A stretch of 32,000 nt of DNA from Patescibacteria group bacterium (GCA_041649575.1 JBAZMW010000003.1:159559-191558), one strand, 5' to 3'; numbered from the stretch's first letter, positions 1 to 10,174 are shown. Notes: generated from the letters alone by a model not told the origin. Numbers and translations: made by a program.

Positions 1-419
1 AAAGAGAGTTCTTGTTGGGTTTGTTGCTGATTGGCTGCGGTTTCCCCTTGTTGAGTGCTTTGCAGTGGCTTGGTGATCACCTGAAGATAATAGATATTAG
101 CTAGAGTCAGGGTCTCTCTACTGGTATCCTTGACCTTACCAAAATAGACCTGCCCGTTAGACAGAAAAACGGCATACCAGCTGTTTGATGAATAACTGGT
201 TTCGCTGAAGCTGGGCAAATTCAAGCTGGTAAAACGGTCCAGGACAAACCAACCCAAAAAGACCACCACAATTATTACCACTATGGTAATTATAATTTTA
301 AACCAACCCGACCTGCCTCCTCTTTCATAGGCCAACTCGTCGGCCATTTCTACTCCGCCGATTTCTGAATTATCCAGATCGACGTCTGACTTTCTTTTGA
401 TATTTTTTCTGTATTCCAT
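1..419 (-). CDS. hypothetical membrane-anchored protein, 3' end runs off the left edge
   Basis: Absent from the ORF track because no stop lies in the window. Hand translation from ATG 419-417 (GAGGG 4 nt upstream) gives MEYRKNIKRKSDVDLD...GWFKIIITIVVIIVVVFLGWFVLD... It stays open to base 1 and has one clear TM helix. Confidence 0.5.
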   Translation of the reverse strand, partial: MEYRKNIKRKSDVDLDNSEIGGVEMADELAYERGGRSGWFKIIITIVVIIVVVFLGWFVLDRFTSLNLPSFSETSYSSNSWYAVFLSNGQVYFGKVKDTSRETLTLANIYYLQVITKPLQSTQQGETAANQQQTQQELS

Positions 420-508
420 TTTACCCTCATTTTTTAAACAGAGTGAACCCTGTTTAAAATTATTTATTAAATATGTTAATTTTATTAATGTCTCGCTTTT
501 CTATTTTA

Positions 509-1555
509 TTATATTTCTTTCTTTGTTTCAAGCAAGTCTTCCACTGCCACGCTAAGTGCCGTAGCCACCGGCACCGAGAGTAAAACACCCAAAACGCCGG
601 CCAGCCTGGCGCCGATTAAAACCACGATAATCACGATAACCGGATTTAAACCAACCGCTTTCTGCATTACCTTTGGCACTAGAACAGTGTTTTCTAATTG
701 CTGGATGACAATATACAGAATAAATACCCACAGAGCCAAAATCGGCGATTGGGTAAAAGCCACAAAGACAGCGGGTATTGCCCCCAAAAAAGGCCCCAGA
801 TAAGGAATAATCTCCGTCACGCCGGCAAAAAGGGCCAAAACTAAAGCATACTTGACCTGCAAGGCACTCAAGCCAATTAAACAAGCCAGAAAAATAATTA
901 GCGATAAGGCCAGTTGCCCCCGAAACCACAACCCGATTTTTTCCTGCATGCGATTAATCAACTGGGAGACGTAAGGCTGGTATTTCACCGGCACCAAAAA
1001 ACGTAGAGATCTTTTCAGGGCCTGCTCCTCTACTGTCATGTAAAAAGTGAGCATGATAATGATAAAAAAGGAAACAACGCCGCCGAAAAAAGAAAAAATC
1101 GTACCTAAAACGCTATTGGCGGCCAGACCGATATTAGATTGTAGAGCAGCCAGCGAATCGGAGACGCTTTTACCCCAGCCCTGCTGGTCGGAAAAATTTT
1201 GAATAGTACTAAATCCATTGTTAATTTTTTCCCAATAAAAGGGAAAATCTTTGGAAAGCTCGTTCACTTCGATGACAATCGGTGGTATGATTAAATAAAT
1301 CGCTCCAGCAAGAACAGAAAAAAGAACCAGATAAATCAATAAGATGCCCACTACCCGAGGAATCCGATGCCTATGCAGCCACCCCACCCAAGGATCAAAA
1401 GCCGAAGTTAGAATTACAGCCACAAAAACTATCAAAATAATGTTTCTGATATAAAACAAAAAAACCAGAGAAATAACAATTACCAAAATTTTAATCAAGG
1501 TGACGGAAGAAATATTGATCGTTGTTTTTTTGTTTTCCTCTGACATTTTTGGCAA
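509..1555 (-). CDS. AI-2E family transporter (PerM/UPF0118-like permease)
   Basis: 348-aa polytopic membrane protein. The overall pattern (N-terminal TM pair, central loop, C-terminal ...GLNPVIVIIVVLIGARLAGVLGVLLSVPV) is typical of the AI-2E family as I recall it. Confidence 0.75.
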   Translation of the reverse strand: MPKMSEENKKTTINISSVTLIKILVIVISLVFLFYIRNIILIVFVAVILTSAFDPWVGWLHRHRIPRVVGILLIYLVLFSVLAGAIYLIIPPIVIEVNELSKDFPFYWEKINNGFSTIQNFSDQQGWGKSVSDSLAALQSNIGLAANSVLGTIFSFFGGVVSFFIIIMLTFYMTVEEQALKRSLRFLVPVKYQPYVSQLINRMQEKIGLWFRGQLALSLIIFLACLIGLSALQVKYALVLALFAGVTEIIPYLGPFLGAIPAVFVAFTQSPILALWVFILYIVIQQLENTVLVPKVMQKAVGLNPVIVIIVVLIGARLAGVLGVLLSVPVATALSVAVEDLLETKKEI

Positions 1556-1628
1556 AATTTGATTAAACCTTGATTAAATTATAAGCTAGAGTAAAAATAA
1601 TGTCAATCGGTCGGCTGGGTGAAATTCT

Positions 1629-2078
1629 ATGAAAATAATCAATAAAAACAAAGAGGGTCTGTTCAATTACCAGGTACTGGAAAACTTCGAGGCCGGCGTT
1701 GTTCTGACCGGCCCGGAAGTCAAATCGGTCAAGAGCGGACAGGTCAGTCTCAAGGGCAGTTATATTCGACTGGACAAAAATAATGAAGCCTGGCTGATAA
1801 ATTGCCATATTTCTCCCTACCAACCGGCGGCCGGCAGTGTCAAAAATTATGAGCCAACCCAGCCGAGAAAACTGCTACTAAAAAAGAGGGAGCTGCTTTC
1901 GCTGGTGGGCAAAAGCAAGCAAAGCGGCTTGACAATTATACCAACCAGTGTATATACTAGAAAAAGATTAATTAAGGTGGGTCTGGCTCTGGCCAAAGGC
2001 AAACGAGAAATCGACAAACGCGAAACCATCAGAAAACGAGAAGCCGAGCGCCAGATCCAAAGAACCTTAAAAAGATAA
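1629..2078 (+). CDS. smpB: SsrA-binding protein SmpB
   Basis: 149 aa with FEAGVVLTGPEVKSVK...LLLKKRELLSL...GLTIIPTSVY and a basic C-tail, the canonical SmpB pattern. A tmRNA gene lies directly downstream. Confidence 0.9.
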   Translation: MKIINKNKEGLFNYQVLENFEAGVVLTGPEVKSVKSGQVSLKGSYIRLDKNNEAWLINCHISPYQPAAGSVKNYEPTQPRKLLLKKRELLSLVGKSKQSGLTIIPTSVYTRKRLIKVGLALAKGKREIDKRETIRKREAERQIQRTLKR

Positions 2079-2108
2079 AAGTGCTTAACGGTTATTTGAT
2101 AATAATTC

Positions 2109-2501
2109 TGGGGATGTTTTGATTCGATAGCTTGAAATAGCCAAGAGGCAGGCCGAGATTGGCAATTGCTCGTTAACTAACAGCCAAACATATAAGTGCC
2201 AAAAACTTATTAGCTAAAGTCAAAACTGCTTTTAGCGGTTTAGCTTTGGCGCCAGCTGTTGCCTAAACAGGCTTAACAGCCATCGCCTTGCCGACGCCTA
2301 ATAGGCAAATAAGCGGTGTTATATTTTTAGGCTCGACCGGAACCATAGTCTGGAGTTCTGGTTAAAATTTTGACCAGACCGTAGGCCGCCAGTGTTTTGC
2401 TTCTTTCCAATTGGCGGCTGAAACCCAAAGAAGCAAAAGCCTGTAAACCGCTGGGCCAATTTTACAGCTAGACAGGAGCTCATTACTCCTCATCTCCACC
2501 A
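2109..2501 (+). ncRNA. ssrA: tmRNA (ssrA)
   Basis: 5' GGGGATG pairs with 3' CATCTCC followed by A-CCA (2491-2501), and a T-arm-like AGGAG-CTCATTA-CTCCT sits just before it. The internal tag frame runs from GCC at 2198 to TAA at 2264-2266 and encodes AKNLLAKVKTAFSGLALAPAVA. Confidence 0.85.
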
Positions 2502-2535
2502 AAAAAATAATCAACAGTCATAAAAAAACTACTTA

Positions 2536-3093
2536 ATGAGAAAAATTTTTCGGGGCAGAAACTTTCAAGCCGATAAAACTAAATTTTTTCGCGTTAACGA
2601 AAAAATCTTTGCCAAGGAAGTAATGGTGATTGACGAGCAGGGCCAAAAACTGGGTGTCTTGGACAAATGGCAGGCCTTGCAAGAAGCCAAAAACCGCGGC
2701 TTCGACCTAGTGGAAGTCTCACCCAAAGAAAACCCGCCGATTTGCAAAATCATGGATTATGGCAGTTTTAAGTATCAACAAAAAAAGAGTGAAAAAAAAC
2801 AGCGGGCCAAAAATAAAACAACGGAAATAAAAACCATCAAACTATCCAGCCGAATTAGCCAGCACGATACTGATTTCCGCGTCAATCAGGCGTTGAAATT
2901 CTTGGAAGAAAAAAATAAAGTTAAGATTGAGTTGCAATTGCGAGGCCGAGAAAACCAACATGCCGACCTGGCTCGAGAAATGCTGGGAAACTTCGTTAAG
3001 GAAGTCCGGCTGCGCCTGCCAGAAAACAGCTTGAAAGTGGAACAAGAAGTCAAAAAACAAGGCGGCAATCTTTCCGCCATTATCTCTTCGTAA
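2536..3093 (+). CDS. infC: translation initiation factor IF-3
   Basis: FRVNEKIFAKEVMVIDEQGQKLGV...PPICKIMDYGSFKYQQKK... is the canonical IF-3 N/C-domain pattern. The infC-rpmI-rplT gene order is conserved. Confidence 0.9.
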   Translation: MRKIFRGRNFQADKTKFFRVNEKIFAKEVMVIDEQGQKLGVLDKWQALQEAKNRGFDLVEVSPKENPPICKIMDYGSFKYQQKKSEKKQRAKNKTTEIKTIKLSSRISQHDTDFRVNQALKFLEEKNKVKIELQLRGRENQHADLAREMLGNFVKEVRLRLPENSLKVEQEVKKQGGNLSAIISS

Positions 3094-3114
3094 AAATAAA
3101 ATTTAAAAGTTATT

Positions 3115-3318
3115 ATGCCTAAAAAAATAAAAACCAGACAAGCGGTCGCCAAAAGATTCAGAGTAACCAAAAAGAAGAAACTGATGAAAAGAACCGGCGG
3201 CCAGGATCATTTCAATGCCCGCGAGAGCGGCAAGACCAAGCGCGGTAAACGGCGTGACACTCAAATTGCCAAAGCCGACCGCAAAAATGTCCGGCAGTTT
3301 ATGCCTTATAATTATTAA
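3115..3318 (+). CDS. rpmI: 50S ribosomal protein L35
   Basis: 67-aa very basic protein MPKKIKTRQAVAKRFRVTKKKK..., located between infC and rplT. Confidence 0.9.
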   Translation: MPKKIKTRQAVAKRFRVTKKKKLMKRTGGQDHFNARESGKTKRGKRRDTQIAKADRKNVRQFMPYNY

Positions 3319-3335
3319 TCTAATTTTAATTAACT

Positions 3336-3680
3336 ATGCCCCGGGTCAAACGAGGAGTAATTCATACTAAGAATCGCAACAATATTTTGCGCCGCACCAA
3401 AGGCTTTCAGGCCGGCCGCAAAAAACTTATCAAACTAGCCAAAACCGCAGCCACCAAGGCCGGCGCTTACGCTTACCGCGACAGAAAAACCAAAAAAAGA
3501 AACTTTCGTCGGCTTTGGCAAATTCAGCTTAATGCGGCCGCCCGAGAACACGGCTATTCTTACAGCCGGTTTATGGCCGGACTGAAGAAAAACAAGATCG
3601 AGCTCGATCGTAAAATCCTGGCTCAACTGGCTCAAAAAGAGCCCAAAATTTTTGCTCAAATAATAGAAAAGATAAAATAA
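3336..3680 (+). CDS. rplT: 50S ribosomal protein L20
   Basis: MPRVKRGVIHTKNRNNILRRTKGF...YRDRKTKKRNFRRLWQIQLNAAARE is the canonical L20 sequence. Confidence 0.95.
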   Translation: MPRVKRGVIHTKNRNNILRRTKGFQAGRKKLIKLAKTAATKAGAYAYRDRKTKKRNFRRLWQIQLNAAAREHGYSYSRFMAGLKKNKIELDRKILAQLAQKEPKIFAQIIEKIK

Positions 3681-3690
3681 TTCTTCACTA

Positions 3691-3726
3691 AAACCGCGCC
3701 CTTTCTAAAGGGCGCGGTTTTTTTGT
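3691..3726. terminator. bidirectional rho-independent terminator (rplT / giant gene)
   Basis: 11-bp stem AAACCGCGCCC / GGGCGCGGTTT with an 8-nt loop. It is flanked by A-run and T-run and lies between two convergent genes. Confidence 0.8.
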
Positions 3727-3738
3727 AAATCAGAAAAT

Positions 3739-6700
3739 TTAAGCTGTCACTACCTTATCTTGTAAAGGCCGAACCGCCTCTATTACTTTTTTCAAGACAG
3801 CGGCGGGATTTTTACCGGCATAAGGAGCCGAGCGGCTGACCGCCTCGCCAGTGCCCCCCTGATGGCTGGCTTCCATCACCAGTTCGGCGGGGTTGATTCG
3901 GACATCGATATTACTCTCTGCCAAAGTAAACTGCAGGACACCTTTGGTCACCTTGGCCGCCGAGGCCTGGCCAGTTATACCGGCCTCAGAAAGAATCTTG
4001 GCAACTTCTTTGCTGGGAGCGGTGCCGGCTTCAACCAGTCTAGTTAACTTAACCCAGCTTTCAAGGTTTGGAGAGTTTAAGACTTCAGTACCGCTAATTA
4101 GCTTGCCAACCGCCGAGTCGGGAGCGACTTCTCCGCCAGCAAAAGTCAGAACCTTTTTGGCCAAATCGGCGCCATGACTTTCTACCAAACCGTTAAGCGT
4201 CTCGCCAGGAACAACTTTGGGGTTCCCGCTATAGAAACTAACCACTTCTTTGGCCACACCCTTGACTCCCGATGATAAAATTTCGGCCGCTCGGCCTGGT
4301 TCAAGTCCGGCCTCATGCGCCTGACCCATCAGGTCGTAGGCGGACTGATCTAAACTGACACCAGAACCTTTGACCAAGCCGACTACCTGACGCAAATAAG
4401 CATTATTAGACTCTATTTGCGATAGAGTTTTCTCGCTTAGCTTGCCGGCGGCCTGTAAAACCTTTCCTGTATCACCGGTTTTCGGATCAAAAAAGGTGCT
4501 GGCCACTAATTCATTAAACTTATCATTACCGGCTAGTTTGGCCAGATCTTCAGGAGTGACATGATCGATATTAGCCGGTAAACCAAACTCGGTTGGACTT
4601 TTGGCAACCGCGTCTTTGATGGAATCAACCAAATAGGTAATCTTGCCTTCACGAAAGACAGGTAGCTTTTTGAGAGCTTCCGAAGTCATTTTACTAATAT
4701 CTACATCCTTCGGCAGTCCAAGTTCGGCGGGATAGGTCTGGCCGCTTTCTATGGCCTTTTTGACTGTTGATCCGAGCGCTGCTTCGCATTTCTTTTCGAT
4801 AACTCCCCAGACAGTATGCGAACCTTTAGCCTCAACTCCTTCGACGACTTCCAGCGCTTGCTCAAATTCAGTCAATTTTTCCGGCGCTTCCGGCCCAGGC
4901 GCGGTTTCCGTCGTGGCAGATTCTGCTGGCGCGGCACCTGGGGTATGTTCTGTTGGCGCACCGCCCGAAGCGGCTTCTGGCGCACCGGCGTCCGGCACTC
5001 GCGGAGCTCCTTCTGCTGGTGGGTTGCTCCCTTCAACTGTTGGTTGCTCTGCCGGCGCGGCGCCAGGAGTATGTTCTGCTGACGCTCCACCAGGAGCGGC
5101 TTCTGGCGCACCGGCGTCTAGAACTCGCTGAGCTCCTTCTGCTGGTGGCTGGCCTTCCGGCGAAACGCCGGCATGAGGGGCTTCCGCACCGCTTCCGCCG
5201 CTTCCGGCTTCAGCGGCGCCAGTGGCCGCGCCATGACCACGGAGCCATTGCCAAGGCTGAATACCGACAACCAGGCCAGCGGCGGCGGCTATCACGCCGC
5301 GTTGTATTTCTTTTCTTCTTTCAGCTCGGCCGGTTTGCTCTTCAGCTTGATGGGAAGTGCTAATATAAAAATCCAATTGATTAGACAAGGCATCGGCCAA
5401 AGAATAGCCGCTGGTATCAATGGCAGTCAATCTCTCCTCCATTCTAGCCAAACTGGCTTGATACATTTGATCAATAACCGGCTTCATTCTATCGCCAAAA
5501 ACATCTACTTGACGCTTGCCTTTTCTTTCGGCCAAGGCCGTTATTCTGGCCAACTCTTCCTTTAAATCCTTATCGCTTAAACTTCCAAACTTTTTTTCTA
5601 ACCAAGCTTTGGCAGCTTTAGGATCTTTCCTTTTCTCTTTAGCGTATTCTTTATAAATCTTCTGGGCTAATCCTTTATCTCCAAAACGTTTAGTAAATCT
5701 TTCCAGAGCGGCGTCAACACCCATGGCGGTACCGGTACCGCCAAGTATTCTTCTGGCAAAAAAGACAGCGGTCAGCAACGGCGCCGAAGCGGCGAAAGAA
5801 GTGGCAACGGCCGGAGTGGCCAAAGCCACAGCGGCTCCCAACAAAGCGCCGGAAACAATCAGTCTGCCAGTGGCATGACGTTGCCACCATCCTTTAAGTC
5901 TTTCTCCTCTGCTTTTTTCCTTACCTTCAAACTCGGCCCAGACTAGTTGGTTTTCCTTATCATACAAATCAACCAGTCCCTGAGCTAGACGATCTGGAAA
6001 CATGGCCAGAGGACTAAGTTCACCGGTCTGTACTTTGGATCGGATCGACTCTTGCAAAGTCGCTTCATAAGAACGCCTTAACTGCTCTAACTTCTGCTCG
6101 CCCTTCTTGCCGCGGAATTCGGATTTGCCAATAAGTTTCATCCTCTCTCGCCTGGCTTGATAATAGGCCTTGCGGGCTTGATCTAGGGTTGGTTTGTCTT
6201 CTTCAGTCTCAATTATTATAGGTCCTTCACCAGTTTTATCTGATGGAGGAAAAGGAGCGGCATCATCTTCCTCTTCATGAGACTTTAGTGTCGATTCTTC
6301 CGATTCATCTTCTAATTCATCTTCCGGCTTCTTTCCTGATTCCTCAAGCTCACGCACAAGACGTTCAGCCTCAGCTAGATCAAGAGGTGCTGACTCTGAC
6401 TCTAATGGAGGCGCTATTAATTCCACATCAAGAACCGACTCAATCCAAGTCGCGTATGCCTTATTATCGACAAAATTAAAGGTACGTATATAGGGTTTTT
6501 CTCCCTCTTCCACTAAACCAAGAAATTTTTCTTCATAGGTCGCTGATAAATAAGTGACTCTTATCATGCTCCCTGGCTTAATACCCCTAAATTTTTCCAA
6601 AAGTCTTTCTGTTCTTTCGGCCGGACTTTCCTCTGGCAACGGTGAAGGTCTTTCTGCTTCTTCGTCTGGATTTTCACCCGACTCCGGAGCTGGCGGCGGT

Positions 6701-9585
6701 GGAGGAGGGAGAACTTCCCCAGATAAATCCCCAAGCGGTGCTTCTGAATCATCTGGCCGCATCACTTCAACGCTCTCTATTCTATTGGTATTTTCTTGCC
6801 TGCCATCTTCAAAAAGCAACAGCATCCCGGCTGTGGTATCCACCAATCCCCTGAAGTCTCCGATAAAACTCGATCCGTCCGTACAGACCCCTGCTAGTTT
6901 ATCGCCAGGCTTACAACCGCGAAGTACTGCAAGTACTCTTTCTATTCTTTCTTTATCTTTTTTATCTTTATCTTCGGCGTCAGACTCTACCGGCGCAGGC
7001 CTAGGCGTTTCAACCGCCTCACTGGTCGCCGTCACCCTAGCTCTAACAATCTCGCCACCCGGCTTAGTAAAACCCATAGTAACAACCGCAGCAACTTTTA
7101 GATTACGGCCCTTGGGACCTTCAGTAAATGTAACCTCATGATACTTCTCATTAATATTATCGCCCAGCTGAACTAGCCAAAGTCTAAAACCAAAACTTTG
7201 CATTAACCCTGATAAATATCCGACTTTTGCGGTTTCAAAAACGGGACCATTAACCGCATCACAATATTCTCTGCCAATTTCATCTACCAAAACTTGCACC
7301 GCGTGCTCTCTGCTTTCTGTTTCTATTTTGTCTTGTAATCCTCTAGCGCCAGCAGCTAGCTGTCTCATCCCCAAGGCTTCTGCTCTGCTAAGAATTGCTG
7401 AGAGCATGGCTTGCAGCTCTTGCTGTTCCGCGCTAAGCTCTGCTTCTGCTTTTTCGTCTCCTTTTGGTGTTTCTGGCGCCGGCTGTTCGATGGCCGGTGC
7501 TAACACCTCAATCTTTGTTATTAAAGAAAGAAGGATCTTTTTTGGCTTTAAGTCACTTGGTTTGCCTTTGATCTTTACGCGGTCACCTTCCACTCCATCA
7601 AAAAAGCCCTCTTCTTTCATTCCGCCCAAATCTACCAAAATCCTAGTGCCAAGCGGCAAATCTTTTAATTGATCGGCTGTTACTTCCCGTCCTGACTGCT
7701 TAGCGCCTAACCGCTCGGCTACCTCATTCATTATTTGCAAAGCACATTCCCGAACCAAACCTCTGGCGGTTTCTTCTTCGGCGCTTTCTTTTTTGGGCCG
7801 ATAACGAGCCTCTTGGCCGGCTGCGTTTGCAGCTGTTCTAAAAAGAGTATTTTCTAAAGCAACCAAATCTTTAGGAAGAACTTTTTCTTCCTGCTCTGTC
7901 ATGTTCTGGATGATTCTTTGTTTTGTTTCCTCTAAAGCCTTTTTGAAAGCAGGCAAAAATTTAGTCTCAGATTCACCACTTCCTTCTCCTTTTAATTCTT
8001 GATCTTTCGAGCCATTCACTTCGGCCATAATTTGCTCCGCGCACGCGCTAACCAGATTTAGAACAGCCGGCTCCTCGGCATGCTTCCAGCCTTTTGTCGC
8101 CCTGATAGTTTTGTCGAGAATCGACTTTTCTAATTTATCTTTTTCTTCCGGCTTAATCCTTCTTCTCTCACTCTTCATTCTTTTGACTATCTCCTCTCGC
8201 GTCTGGTCTAATGCCTCTTTAAAAGCTTCCAAGAATGCCTCAAACTCATTTTTTTCCTCCCCCTTTCTGATAATTTCAGTGTCAATGCTTTCGCCAACCT
8301 CGCACTGGGCATTACCCTGTAATAGAATACGACAATTTTTGGCTTTTCTAATAGCCAGCTTAGCGCCATCCTCAACGACAAATCTGCTATCTGTCGCACT
8401 CTCGACTTCCATGGATATCCCGGCTCCGATCTTTTCTCTGCGCCTGTCGTTCATCTCTCTTCTTCTTACTGTTTTGAGCCCCGATCCTGGCTTTTCTTCT
8501 ATAGATCCGCCATTCTTCCCGGTGGTATCAAGCTCGGCTTCAATTTGTTCAGCGAAATTTTGGGATGCTTGGCGCACCAGGTCTTTTTCGGCTGCCGACT
8601 GCGCCTCCAAGCCGGTTTCTTTTTGGACGTCACGCTCAACTGTCCCAAAAAATATAGTTTTTTGCATATCATTGGCTTCTTGCGCATCATCAGCGCCAGC
8701 TCTAATTATGGTTATAAATTCTTGCCTTCTTCCATTTAAAACCCTCTCAAAAACAGGCAAAAACCTGTCTCTAAATTCCGGTCTGATTTCTGGCGACTCG
8801 GCCGCTGGAGCCCCTCCTTTTATTTCTCCTTTAAACGCGGCATGGGTTTCACGCAGCCCCTCTAATTCAGCTACAACTGCTTCTAACTCTTTATATAAAG
8901 GATTAAATTCATCTCTTAAAGCTTCTATATCTTCACCTATACTCTCTAAAGCCTGCACACTAAAAACCTTATTTATTAAAAAACCCAAAAAACGTTCAAT
9001 TATTTCAATCTCCTGATTAATGATTTTTTGAGCCCACTCCGGCTTGGCCTCTACCTTGGCCCTGACACTCGATAAAATAGTTTTGCCTTCAACTATGCCT
9101 GATCTCTCTTTGGCCGCGTTAACTTCTGCTCTAATTTGATCAAGAGCAATTTCGGCTTCTGCCGTCTCGGCCGGTGGCGGCGGGATTTCAACGCCAACTA
9201 CGGGGAGATGTAATCCTAAAACTGATCTGGCATTATCAATAACCCACCGAGCATTTGCCTTGTTGATTACTCCACCACGCCCTTCTTTCTTGAAAGTGTC
9301 AGACATATCCAAAATGTGCTCCAGTCCGGCTAAGAGCTCATCTAATTCCGGCGCCTGCAGGTCGGACAAATCGGACAAAGCATTAAAAGAATCTACAGCA
9401 GCCCTGAATTCTTCTACTTCTGGTTCCTTTCTTCCTGAAAGATTAGTCTTTATTCTCAAAAGAGCCCTATTTATTCTTTTTCTTTTTTCCTTGTTCTCTT
9501 TTCTCTCGGCCTCTGTTGCCTCTCCTTCGGCTCCGGGCTCAAGCTCGTCTTCTTTGTCTGGAGTTTTTGGTTTATAATCTCCCAT
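3739..9585 (-). CDS. giant (1948 aa) acidic coiled-coil / membrane-spanning protein of unknown function
   Basis: Single uninterrupted ORF. The N-terminal ~1150 aa are Glu/Lys-rich helical repeats plus three small beta-domain repeats. A hydrophobic TM pair (LIVSGALLGAAVALATPAVATSFAASAPLLTAVFFA) and a later TM (GVIAAAAGLVVGI) follow. After that comes a Pro/Ala/Gly-rich tandem repeat and a ~500-aa C-terminal domain. Confidence 0.8.
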   Translation of the reverse strand: MGDYKPKTPDKEDELEPGAEGEATEAERKENKEKRKRINRALLRIKTNLSGRKEPEVEEFRAAVDSFNALSDLSDLQAPELDELLAGLEHILDMSDTFKKEGRGGVINKANARWVIDNARSVLGLHLPVVGVEIPPPPAETAEAEIALDQIRAEVNAAKERSGIVEGKTILSSVRAKVEAKPEWAQKIINQEIEIIERFLGFLINKVFSVQALESIGEDIEALRDEFNPLYKELEAVVAELEGLRETHAAFKGEIKGGAPAAESPEIRPEFRDRFLPVFERVLNGRRQEFITIIRAGADDAQEANDMQKTIFFGTVERDVQKETGLEAQSAAEKDLVRQASQNFAEQIEAELDTTGKNGGSIEEKPGSGLKTVRRREMNDRRREKIGAGISMEVESATDSRFVVEDGAKLAIRKAKNCRILLQGNAQCEVGESIDTEIIRKGEEKNEFEAFLEAFKEALDQTREEIVKRMKSERRRIKPEEKDKLEKSILDKTIRATKGWKHAEEPAVLNLVSACAEQIMAEVNGSKDQELKGEGSGESETKFLPAFKKALEETKQRIIQNMTEQEEKVLPKDLVALENTLFRTAANAAGQEARYRPKKESAEEETARGLVRECALQIMNEVAERLGAKQSGREVTADQLKDLPLGTRILVDLGGMKEEGFFDGVEGDRVKIKGKPSDLKPKKILLSLITKIEVLAPAIEQPAPETPKGDEKAEAELSAEQQELQAMLSAILSRAEALGMRQLAAGARGLQDKIETESREHAVQVLVDEIGREYCDAVNGPVFETAKVGYLSGLMQSFGFRLWLVQLGDNINEKYHEVTFTEGPKGRNLKVAAVVTMGFTKPGGEIVRARVTATSEAVETPRPAPVESDAEDKDKKDKERIERVLAVLRGCKPGDKLAGVCTDGSSFIGDFRGLVDTTAGMLLLFEDGRQENTNRIESVEVMRPDDSEAPLGDLSGEVLPPPPPPAPESGENPDEEAERPSPLPEESPAERTERLLEKFRGIKPGSMIRVTYLSATYEEKFLGLVEEGEKPYIRTFNFVDNKAYATWIESVLDVELIAPPLESESAPLDLAEAERLVRELEESGKKPEDELEDESEESTLKSHEEEDDAAPFPPSDKTGEGPIIIETEEDKPTLDQARKAYYQARRERMKLIGKSEFRGKKGEQKLEQLRRSYEATLQESIRSKVQTGELSPLAMFPDRLAQGLVDLYDKENQLVWAEFEGKEKSRGERLKGWWQRHATGRLIVSGALLGAAVALATPAVATSFAASAPLLTAVFFARRILGGTGTAMGVDAALERFTKRFGDKGLAQKIYKEYAKEKRKDPKAAKAWLEKKFGSLSDKDLKEELARITALAERKGKRQVDVFGDRMKPVIDQMYQASLARMEERLTAIDTSGYSLADALSNQLDFYISTSHQAEEQTGRAERRKEIQRGVIAAAAGLVVGIQPWQWLRGHGAATGAAEAGSGGSGAEAPHAGVSPEGQPPAEGAQRVLDAGAPEAAPGGASAEHTPGAAPAEQPTVEGSNPPAEGAPRVPDAGAPEAASGGAPTEHTPGAAPAESATTETAPGPEAPEKLTEFEQALEVVEGVEAKGSHTVWGVIEKKCEAALGSTVKKAIESGQTYPAELGLPKDVDISKMTSEALKKLPVFREGKITYLVDSIKDAVAKSPTEFGLPANIDHVTPEDLAKLAGNDKFNELVASTFFDPKTGDTGKVLQAAGKLSEKTLSQIESNNAYLRQVVGLVKGSGVSLDQSAYDLMGQAHEAGLEPGRAAEILSSGVKGVAKEVVSFYSGNPKVVPGETLNGLVESHGADLAKKVLTFAGGEVAPDSAVGKLISGTEVLNSPNLESWVKLTRLVEAGTAPSKEVAKILSEAGITGQASAAKVTKGVLQFTLAESNIDVRINPAELVMEASHQGGTGEAVSRSAPYAGKNPAAVLKKVIEAVRPLQDKVVTA
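4923..5148 (-). repeat. 2 x 126-bp in-frame tandem repeat inside the giant gene
   Basis: 100-nt cores at 4923-5022 and 5049-5148 align with few mismatches. They encode PPAEGA(Q/P)RV(L/P)DAGAPEAA(P/S)GGA..EHTPGAAPAE twice. Confidence 0.8.
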
Positions 9586-9610
9586 ATAAATTAATTATTT
9601 TTATAATCAA

Positions 9611-9928
9611 TTATTTTAAATTCTCGCGCCAAGCCGCGACATCGCCGGCCAGCTGTTCTTTGAAATTGGTGACCTCTTCCAAAATTATCGCCTGCAGATC
9701 AACCTTGCCGTTCAAAAACTGTCCGATTTCTTCGTCGGAGACGCCTTTGGCGGTGAGTTTGTCAAACTCCAACTGATCCGGCTCGGAGAACTCATCCATC
9801 AGACGGAAAGAAACGCGGTCGCTAACCACCTCGTTTAGTTTGGTGAGTAAAACTTGTTTTTTGGCTTCATCCAGGTTTTCCAGGCCCAAAATGTTGAAAA
9901 CATTCTGATCCAAAAAGAGTAAATTCAT
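9611..9928 (-). CDS. small acidic hypothetical protein (resembles a CPR-restricted DUF family; tentative)
   Basis: 105-aa ORF ending 25 nt upstream of the giant gene on the same strand, so probably co-transcribed. No motif I can assign. Confidence 0.55.
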   Translation of the reverse strand: MNLLFLDQNVFNILGLENLDEAKKQVLLTKLNEVVSDRVSFRLMDEFSEPDQLEFDKLTAKGVSDEEIGQFLNGKVDLQAIILEEVTNFKEQLAGDVAAWRENLK

Positions 9929-10145
9929 AAATTTTATTTATTTTTTATTGTTAATTATTGAATTTTGTTTAAAATAACAGTATTCCAGCTAGAGCTTAAT
10001 CTGGCTGTCTGAATATATTATACCAAACAAAGAGAATTGGTGAAAGGGTGGCAAAATAAATAATTATTAACTAATTTTATTTATACTTTTTGGCTAAAAT
10101 TAGATAATATTCTTGATAAAAAAGAAGCTTTTTTCTCAACTACTA

Positions 10146-10174
10146 TTGACAAATTATTTATGGTATGCTATAAT
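10146..10174 (+). promoter_or_regulatory. consensus sigma70-type promoter of GC-rich unit A
   Basis: TTGACA (10146-10151), 17-nt spacer, TATAAT (10169-10174). The extended box TACTATTGACAAA...GTATGCTATAAT is shared with the promoter at 18386-18414. Confidence 0.7.

Noticed and set aside
552-929. 125-aa ORF nested in the AI-2E permease gene in another frame
   Set aside because: It lies on the same strand but out of frame within a well-supported membrane-protein gene, with no independent signals.
8111-9016. 301-aa plus-strand ORF and many other 60-195-aa ORFs overlapping the giant gene (3862-9577)
   Set aside because: All are antisense or out of frame within one continuous 1948-aa ORF. Their Ser/Leu/Pro-rich translations are typical shadow ORFs.
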